Program-made: the position numbers and the translations under genes
NCBI GenBank assembly: GCA_963692915.1
Contig: OY843584.1
Coordinates: 1,248,001 to 1,312,000 of the forward strand
DNA: 64,000 bases
DNA from: Cenarchaeum sp.
Lineage (GTDB): Archaea; Thermoproteota; Nitrososphaeria; Nitrososphaerales; Nitrosopumilaceae
Direction of reading: 5' to 3'
Shown: positions 57,400 to 64,000 of the stretch, piece by piece
Position numbering within the stretch: the first letter of the stretch is position 1
Layout: each line of letters opens with the position of its first letter
Notes under the pieces: generated by a model
The model's input: only the letters and a program-made list of their open reading frames with translations
Told to the model about the DNA's origin: nothing
Databases searched by the model: none

Positions 57400-58842
57400 C
57401 TAGACTGACTTTGGCGGAAAGCCAGACTCCTCGGTCTCGGCGTCCTCCTTCGGCTTTGGCGCATCAGGCTCTGGCGTGACAAAGCCGCCCTCATCGGGGT
57501 CAGGCGGTGGTATCTTTTTTGCGCCAGCAAGGCCCACAGTCGTGATTATGACCGTCGAGAGTATGACAAAAAATGCGACTTGCGGATAGGCCTCGGCGTT
57601 TGGCAGGCCGTACGTCAGGGGCAGCGTGGCGAGGACTGCGGCGGCGAGGCCGCGCGGGATCATGACAGAGGTAACCTTGCGATCAAGCCTTGAAAAGCTG
57701 TTCAAGAGTATGACGCGCGCCAGGATTATGCGCGCAATGTATATCGCCACTGCTGCGGCGATCCCAAAGGCCGCAAGGCGCCAGTCGCCAAAGCTCGCCA
57801 ATAGGCCCACAAAGACGAAAAAGAACGCGCGCACGAGAAACGTCAGCTGGTTGTGCATCGAGTCATCGCGCTCTATGGGAGGCATCTTGAAGCGAAAGAG
57901 GCGCGCAATGCGATCCTTGTTGCCCAGGAGAATTCCAAAGACGAGGGCCGTGAGCGCGCCGGACTCGCCGAGCGTGTTGGCCAGGAAAAAGAGGAAAAAG
58001 AGGACGCCTAGCGTGAGCATGTACCCGTGGCGCGCGTTTGCAAGCTTTGCCGTGATGAACAGCCATGGCAGTCCGACGACGAGGCCCAGTGACAGCCCGA
58101 CTGCAAGATTGTGGGCGACTGACTGGGTCAGGCCCTCTATGGTCAACGAGTTGGCCATTATCGCGCCAAACATGATAAAGGCGATGATGGTTGAGAGTAT
58201 GTCAGTTATTGCCGACTCGAATGACAGCATATTCTTTGCGCTCTCAGAGATGCGCAGGTTGCGCACGAGGCCAAAGACGATTACAGAGCTAGAGCCGCCG
58301 ACTATGGAGCCCAGGAGAATGCTGCTGTACCAGTCCCAGTCAAGCACAAAGTGTGCCAGTACCGTGACGATAAACACCGAGATGACAAATCCAATAACGG
58401 CGAGTAGTATCGCAAAGTGAGCCGTGCGGATCATGTGCTTTAGGTCGAGGTTTAGGCCGCCGTCAAACATGATGATGATGAGCGCAATGGCCGCAAAGTA
58501 TGGCACTATCTGCGTGACAATGTCAGGCTGGATTATGCCAAGGATTGGCCCAAAGATGACGCCGAGCATCATCAGAAAGGCGACATCGGGTATTCCCGTC
58601 TTTTTAAAGAACGTCTCGCCTATAACTCCAAAGAATATCGTGACTGCAGCCGCAAGGAGGACGACGGGTGCCGAGGCGATTCCCGCGTCGCTTCCAGAGA
58701 ACGCGGCAAAGGCCTCCTGCAGCCTAGAGACCGCACCGGCGAGCGGTTCGATTCCCGTCGAGTTGGTCAGCTCGCCGGCCGCCGAGAGTGCCCTCTCGAC
58801 TAGGCCGTCGCCTACGGCTAGGGCCACAAAGGGCACGTTCAT
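57400..58842 (-). CDS. Cation:proton antiporter (CPA1/NhaP-like)
   Basis: IIMFDGG, FESAITD, FFFVFVG, PRGLAAAVLA; multiple TMs. Confidence 0.9.
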   Translation of the reverse strand: MNVPFVALAVGDGLVERALSAAGELTNSTGIEPLAGAVSRLQEAFAAFSGSDAGIASAPVVLLAAAVTIFFGVIGETFFKKTGIPDVAFLMMLGVIFGPILGIIQPDIVTQIVPYFAAIALIIIMFDGGLNLDLKHMIRTAHFAILLAVIGFVISVFIVTVLAHFVLDWDWYSSILLGSIVGGSSSVIVFGLVRNLRISESAKNMLSFESAITDILSTIIAFIMFGAIMANSLTIEGLTQSVAHNLAVGLSLGLVVGLPWLFITAKLANARHGYMLTLGVLFFLFFLANTLGESGALTALVFGILLGNKDRIARLFRFKMPPIERDDSMHNQLTFLVRAFFFVFVGLLASFGDWRLAAFGIAAAVAIYIARIILARVILLNSFSRLDRKVTSVMIPRGLAAAVLATLPLTYGLPNAEAYPQVAFFVILSTVIITTVGLAGAKKIPPPDPDEGGFVTPEPDAPKPKEDAETEESGFPPKSV

Positions 58843-58937
58843 GCGCCACGCGCGCCCCGCGTGCGCTTAAAAGGTGCCCGTGTCAAGAGTTGGAGCGCGA
58901 CGGGTTATAACGGAGAGAGTGTGCACGTCGCGCGGCA

Positions 58938-59492
58938 ATGGGAGCAACTGACCTCCTGCGCGAGGACCACCGCCTAGCCTGGCGCCTTGAGGCCGTTATC
59001 GTGTCATGCTGCGAGCGCCTCGAGGGGGGCCGCGACGTTCCGCTAGATGACATTGAGGCGATCTCGGGTGTCATTGACGGCTTTTTGGACAGCGTGCATC
59101 ACGCGCGCGAGGAGGGGACGTACTTTGCGTGCGTCGGCGCGTACGGGATGGGTGCGGACATTCGCAAGTTTCTCATAGAGCACGAGTTTGCGCGTCGCGT
59201 TGCCGCAAAGGTCGCCCATCACGTCTCGCGCTGGCGGGCCGGCGAGGACAGTCGCGAGCCTGTCACGAGGTTTCTGCGCGCGTATGCGGTATTCCTGCGC
59301 GACCACATGACAAAGGAGGAGGCGTTCTTTGAGGAGGCCGAGGCGGCCCTCTCTGCCGAGGAGGAGGCCGAGATGAAGGAGTATCTAGTGTCTGTGGCCT
59401 CTGACGCAAGGACGGTCCGGCGCGCCGAGGCCGAGATTGCAGCACTCGAGGTGGCCGGATGGAATTGCGCCGTGGGTGGCGAGCCAGAATAG
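58938..59492 (+). CDS. Hemerythrin-domain protein
   Basis: LREDH, HHAREE, EH, HMTKEE. Confidence 0.88.
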   Translation: MGATDLLREDHRLAWRLEAVIVSCCERLEGGRDVPLDDIEAISGVIDGFLDSVHHAREEGTYFACVGAYGMGADIRKFLIEHEFARRVAAKVAHHVSRWRAGEDSREPVTRFLRAYAVFLRDHMTKEEAFFEEAEAALSAEEEAEMKEYLVSVASDARTVRRAEAEIAALEVAGWNCAVGGEPE

Positions 59493-59602
59493 CGATCTCT
59501 TGTGCGGTGCGATCTAGGGTTGGTTACAATCTATGGTAATTCTGGGATGATTGTGCTCGAGATCTAACGTGAGCTTTATTAGAAGGCGCTTGGAGCGACA
59601 GT

Positions 59603-60139
59603 ATGTTGACGATCAGGCGGATTCGGTCAGATCACATAGACTTGCGACTAATCAAGTGTGGTGAAACGGAGGCAAGGCAGGCCGAGATCAATGTCGGTCT
59701 TGATGAATTAACGTCTAGCATTGTCAGATATGGTCTTCTAAATCCCGTCTTGCTAGTGGAACACGGAAAAAACGAAACTTATGAGCTAATAGTTGGCCAA
59801 AGGAGACTTTTGGCGTATCAAAATCTAGCAGAAACGGATCAAAGTTATTCAAAAATTCATGCGACCATATATGAAAACACCATGGAAGAGTGGGAAAAGA
59901 GAGCCATCTCGATCAGCTCAAACATCACGCAAGAGCCATTGAAGGAGATAGACAAGATAAACGCCATCACGGCAGTTTACAGCCACTTTGACAGAAATAT
60001 TCCAGAGATGGCCAGAACAGCCTGACTGCCGCCTGATATGTTGGGGAGGCACGTCAAATGCGTAAGGTTGCCAAGGCGAATTGGTTGGCCAGAGGCGCCA
60101 AAAAGCTCAGTCATTGTGCGTGAGGGTAGCGCGATTTAA
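59603..60139 (+). pseudogene. ParB/Spo0J-like protein with premature stop at 60023-60025, truncated
   Basis: LDELTSSI..GLLNPV...YELIVGQRRL; HTH-like sequence continues in frame past the TGA (MARTA*LPPDMLGRHVKCVRLP). Confidence 0.72.
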
Positions 60140-60223
60140 CGAGTTATTGTACAACATGCCACCTAAACATACTTCCAAGACAACGTCAATAACTCTATAA
60201 GGGTTAAAACGTCGCAGGCTCGC

Positions 60224-60391
60224 GTGAGAGACAAGCTCGGAGACCGTCCCTACGACGTCATCAAGGAGAGCGGCAAGTACACACTGCGGTTTTTCCCGCA
60301 GACGCCCAACGCAAAAAACCCCGACACAGTGCTCTTTAGAGTGACCCTCTCAAAGGACGATCTCAAAAAGCTCTGCAAGCTGTCAGGCTAG
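60224..60391 (+). CDS. Small hypothetical protein, not in ORF track
   Basis: From GTG: MRDKLGDRPYDVIKESGKYTLRFFPQTPNAKNPDTVLFRVTLSKDDLKKLCKLSG; host-like codons. Confidence 0.65.
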   Translation: MRDKLGDRPYDVIKESGKYTLRFFPQTPNAKNPDTVLFRVTLSKDDLKKLCKLSG

Positions 60392-60405
60392 ACGCTGAGT
60401 CTGCC

Positions 60406-61482
60406 ATGCAGGATATCGACTCTATCGAGTGGGAGGGCAGCACCGATGATGATCTCGAGTTTATCAAGATGTTCGGCTCGTTTGCGCGTGGCAAGATGTC
60501 AAGCACGTACAAGCCGGTGTTCCTAAAGTGCCTTCTCGACGTGCGCCATTATGTGTCTGGGCAAGCCAATGACAAGCTTGTAGGCAGTAAGTGGGTTCAT
60601 GTAAAAGGCGACAAGATCATTCTGGATCTAAACTTTATAGCGACACGATTCCTAAAGTATTATTGGGATATGGAGTATAGCTTCAAGTTCAAGCAGTCCA
60701 GTGATCGTCAGGATGCCAACATTCGCAGAATAGTCCAGCGTCTAGGAATAAGAAAAGACAAGAAACCGCCAACGAGGGCTCAGCTCGCAAATGACGAAAA
60801 TGCAACCCTGCGGCAAGAGGTGATACGCAAGAGCATAAAGCCCGAAGTCATGATTCACATAAAAACAAACATGGAAAATCTGTTCCAGACAGAGGGACGC
60901 TCAACGTGCATCACGCTAAACCGCAACATAATAGACTTTTTCAACAGACATTATGGCGTGGTCTCCAACATCATAAACCACAAGATGGTGACCGAGCTCG
61001 AAAAGTACAACAAGATGACTCCGCGCATAGCGACAAAGGTTAGCCATGACACCGTGATGCGCCCGACATTGCCCAAAGGGGACTCGGAGCTCATTCTGTG
61101 GAACCAGAGTGATAACCGCTGCTTTTACTGCAAGAGACCTCGCGAGCAGACCCACTTTGACCATGTGATTCCCTTCAACTATGTCTATTCCAATGACATT
61201 TACAACATTGTCGCCTCTTGCCAAAAATGCAACTGTGCCAAGCATGATAGGCTCCCCGAAGAGGATCTGTTTGGGCTGGTGATAGACCGCAACAGTGACC
61301 TAGAGTCCATAGTCAGAGAGCACTCCCTAGGAACCACCGATATCGTGAGCGAGATGGACTTTGGGAGGGCGCTCTCTGGCATGAGCGAGTACACAGAGGA
61401 CCAGTACAGGGCGCTCTATGACAGCTGTGCGGCAACGTACAGCGGGCGCGAAAAGTTCAGGCCAGACCTGATCGCAGGCTAG
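60406..61482 (+). CDS. HNH endonuclease with large N-terminal domain
   Basis: CFYC...DHVIP...N.VASCQKCN..K; N-terminal STYKPVFL and FLKYYW. Confidence 0.9.
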   Translation: MQDIDSIEWEGSTDDDLEFIKMFGSFARGKMSSTYKPVFLKCLLDVRHYVSGQANDKLVGSKWVHVKGDKIILDLNFIATRFLKYYWDMEYSFKFKQSSDRQDANIRRIVQRLGIRKDKKPPTRAQLANDENATLRQEVIRKSIKPEVMIHIKTNMENLFQTEGRSTCITLNRNIIDFFNRHYGVVSNIINHKMVTELEKYNKMTPRIATKVSHDTVMRPTLPKGDSELILWNQSDNRCFYCKRPREQTHFDHVIPFNYVYSNDIYNIVASCQKCNCAKHDRLPEEDLFGLVIDRNSDLESIVREHSLGTTDIVSEMDFGRALSGMSEYTEDQYRALYDSCAATYSGREKFRPDLIAG

Positions 61483-61638
61483 GCTGCCGGACAGGCGATG
61501 GCCCCCGTTCCCCACACGTCCCATGGCGCGCCTGATCGCAGGCTGTCTCACAGATCGCCTGTTGGGAGCATTTTGGGCGACCGTATTTAAGAAAAGCCAC
61601 GATCCAACTAAATAGCCCCAGGTTTCCGATCCGTCGAG

Positions 61639-62730
61639 TTGGCTGAAAAACATACTTCCAGCGTGAAAACCGCCGAGGGGGGGGGGCAACCCGGCCACCC
61701 GGAAGCCAACGTACATTCCTTTGAGGCCATACGCGGCAAGCAGGGCAAGAGAACATTCTACCTAGCCGTCTGCACAATGAAGGCAGCCGCCAAGATATTC
61801 ACCTTTGTGGACGCAAGCACGCCGGCTGACTTGCGCGCGCAGCGCACACTGCGCAAGAGCCGCATACCACGCATACGCGACTATATCATCGGGAATCCGG
61901 ACGACTATATCTTTTCGTCGATTACGGTCTCGGTCAACGGCAAGATCAAGTTTAGCCCATTCAGCGACTATAGCCCCAACATGGGCCTCGCGTCATTCTC
62001 ACAGGACGCATCTGTCCTCATAAACGACGGCCAGCACAGGGTGGCCGCAATAAAGGACACGCTAGAGCAGATGGCCGACTTTGCGCACGACAAGATATCT
62101 GTCGTGTTCTTTGAGGACATTGGGCTAAAGACTAGCCAGCAGATGTTCTCTGATCTCAACAAGAATGCAGTAAAGCCGACAAAGTCCCTAAACATCCTGT
62201 ATGACCGCAGAAACAAGTTCTCAAAGTTTGTAGTCGAGCTGACCGAGACCGTCGAGGTGTTCAAGGGAAGGACAGAGTTGGAAAAAACGACGATCTCTAA
62301 TCGCTCGATAAAGTTCTTTACGCTCAACGGCGTGTTGGAGGCGACAAAGGCATTCCTCGGGCGCACGACAAAGATAACAGACGAGGATAAAGAGCTGACT
62401 GCCGAGTTTTGGACGCACGTGGCAAAAAACATACCAGAGTGGCGTGGCCTAGTGGAGAAAAAGATCGTCCCTGTGAGCATCCGAAACGAGTATGTCCACG
62501 CAAATGTCAACATGCTCGTGACCCTCGGCATCGTCGGCAGAAAGCTTGTGGAGAACTATCCCACTGCCTGGAAGGAGATGCTCGGCGCACTCAACACGAT
62601 AGACTGGCGCCGCTCAAACCACGACTGGGAGGGCAAGGTGGTCATCAACGGCAAGATGATAAAGCACAAGGAGGGAATCGACAGGGCCGTAGAGGCCATA
62701 ATGGGCCGGTGCGTCACGGAGGGGACCTAG
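61639..62730 (+). CDS. dndB: DNA sulfur modification protein DndB (DGQHR domain)
   Basis: AIRGKQ, RAQRTL..RIP.I..YI, YIFSSIT.S, NDGQHR, QQMFSDLN, S.KFFTL. Confidence 0.92.
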   Translation: MAEKHTSSVKTAEGGGQPGHPEANVHSFEAIRGKQGKRTFYLAVCTMKAAAKIFTFVDASTPADLRAQRTLRKSRIPRIRDYIIGNPDDYIFSSITVSVNGKIKFSPFSDYSPNMGLASFSQDASVLINDGQHRVAAIKDTLEQMADFAHDKISVVFFEDIGLKTSQQMFSDLNKNAVKPTKSLNILYDRRNKFSKFVVELTETVEVFKGRTELEKTTISNRSIKFFTLNGVLEATKAFLGRTTKITDEDKELTAEFWTHVAKNIPEWRGLVEKKIVPVSIRNEYVHANVNMLVTLGIVGRKLVENYPTAWKEMLGALNTIDWRRSNHDWEGKVVINGKMIKHKEGIDRAVEAIMGRCVTEGT

Positions 62731-62731
62731 C

Positions 62732-64000
62732 GTGGCAAAATCGTTCTTTGACTCTAGGACGCTCGATGACCTCTATGCCGAGATTAGAGACGTGTATCTC
62801 TCTGATGAGCGCCCGTGGATACTCGGGTTTAGCGGGGGCAAGGACTCTACATGCATGATACAGATCGTGTGGAATGCGCTCTCTGGGCTTGCGCGCGAAA
62901 AGATCACAAAGCGCATATACGTCATATCGTCTGACACGCTAGTCGAGTCGCCAAAGATTGTGGAGACCGTGACTGGTACGCTGCAGAGCATGGAGGAGGC
63001 CGCAGTGCGCGCAGGGCTGCCCATATCGACAAACCTCGTGAGGCCGGTTCTCGCTGAGACGTTCTGGGTCTGCCTCCTTGGCAAGGGGTATCCGGCGCCA
63101 TCCACGACGTTCAGGTGGTGCACCGACCGCCTAAAGATCAGCAGCGCCAACCGCTTTATCAACGAGCGGGTGTCCGAGCATGGCGAGGTCGTAATGCTCC
63201 TCGGCTCCCGCAGCGACGAGAGCAGCACTAGGGCGCAGGTCCTCAGCCTTCATCGCATCGGCGAGACGCCGCTCTCAAAGCACGATTCGCTCACCGGCGC
63301 GTTCATCTATCCGCCGCTGCGCGACTTTACGACGCAGGACGTGTGGAACTATCTCTTGCAGCATTCGCAAAACCCGTGGGGCGGCAACAACCGCGACCTC
63401 CTTGCCCTCTACAAGGACGCCAATGCGGCCGAGTGCCCCCTCGTCGTCGACACGAACACACAGTCGTGCGGCAACAGCAGGTTTGGGTGCTGGACGTGCA
63501 CGGTCGTAGAGCGCGACAAGTCCATGGAGAACATGATCGACTCGGGCGAGACATGGATGGAGCCGCTCCTCGAGCTGCGCGAGGAGCTAAAGAGAACGCA
63601 AGACCCCGAGGTCAAAAAGGAGGTTCGCGAGCTGAAACACCGCAACGGGAGCATTATATTCTGGAAGGGCCGCGTGGCCATGGGCCACTACAAGCTCGAC
63701 TATTGCAAGGGGTTCCTCGAAAAGCTCCTCGTCGCCGAAAAGAGCGTGCGCGAGAACGGGACAGACGCGCAGATGGAGCTCATCGGGCGCGATGAGATTC
63801 GCGAGATACAGCGCATATGGCGCATGGAGCGCGGTGACTGGAAGAACTCGGCATACGCCATACTCGAGGAGGCCACCGGCGAGAGGATTGGCGGCGAGCA
63901 CGACGATGCCGGAACGCTGGGCGCGACCGAGCAGAGTGAGCTCGAGGCCGCATGCGCCGAGCGGTCAATGCCGCCGCTCCTGCTCTCCAGGCTCATCAAT
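62732..64000 (+). CDS. dndC: DNA phosphorothioation protein DndC (PAPS reductase family), 3'-truncated by window; absent from ORF track
   Basis: Manual translation from GTG: PWILGFSGGKDST, SDTLVESP, FWVCLLGKGYPAP..FRWCTDRLKI, DVWNYLL, NPWG, ECPLVVD..SCGNSRFGCWTCTVV.DKSM. Confidence 0.95.
   Translation, partial: MAKSFFDSRTLDDLYAEIRDVYLSDERPWILGFSGGKDSTCMIQIVWNALSGLAREKITKRIYVISSDTLVESPKIVETVTGTLQSMEEAAVRAGLPISTNLVRPVLAETFWVCLLGKGYPAPSTTFRWCTDRLKISSANRFINERVSEHGEVVMLLGSRSDESSTRAQVLSLHRIGETPLSKHDSLTGAFIYPPLRDFTTQDVWNYLLQHSQNPWGGNNRDLLALYKDANAAECPLVVDTNTQSCGNSRFGCWTCTVVERDKSMENMIDSGETWMEPLLELREELKRTQDPEVKKEVRELKHRNGSIIFWKGRVAMGHYKLDYCKGFLEKLLVAEKSVRENGTDAQMELIGRDEIREIQRIWRMERGDWKNSAYAILEEATGERIGGEHDDAGTLGATEQSELEAACAERSMPPLLLSRLIN

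Noticed and set aside
1-64000. CRISPR array or rRNA genes
   Set aside because: No regularly spaced repeat-spacer series seen; the periodic repeats found are TPR-coding; no rRNA-like sequence

Overview
GC-rich archaeal chromosomal segment, most consistent with Nitrososphaerota (Thaumarchaeota, Nitrosopumilaceae). The archaeal call rests on aIF-1A, aIF-2beta, TFB, Topo VI-B, aTrm56, an F420 reductase and a thaumarchaeal-type Amt. High GC, TPR proteins and orphan methyltransferases suggest a Cenarchaeum-like host-associated lineage (inference). The backbone is housekeeping: purA, pyrF, uppS, translation and ribosome biogenesis, hisGDC, HMG-CoA reductase, dnaJ, mtnP/apt, hflX, thiL, thrC, amt, prs, glnA, tfb and 3 tRNAs. 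Small accessory patches interrupt it: two orphan N4/N6 DNA methyltransferases; an IS66-like remnant; a TPR extension on the MoaD-MoeB fusion; a paralog pair flanking a TPR gene plus a HEPN-like gene at the 3' end of tRNA-Arg; a one-gene cassette bracketed by a ~180-bp direct repeat at the amt 3' end; and a Panacea/YwgA-like gene with three related membrane proteins. At the right edge is a DNA phosphorothioation locus (ParB pseudogene, HNH nuclease, dndB, dndC running off the window). No CRISPR array or rRNA was seen. Product calls come from motif recognition only; no database searches were run.
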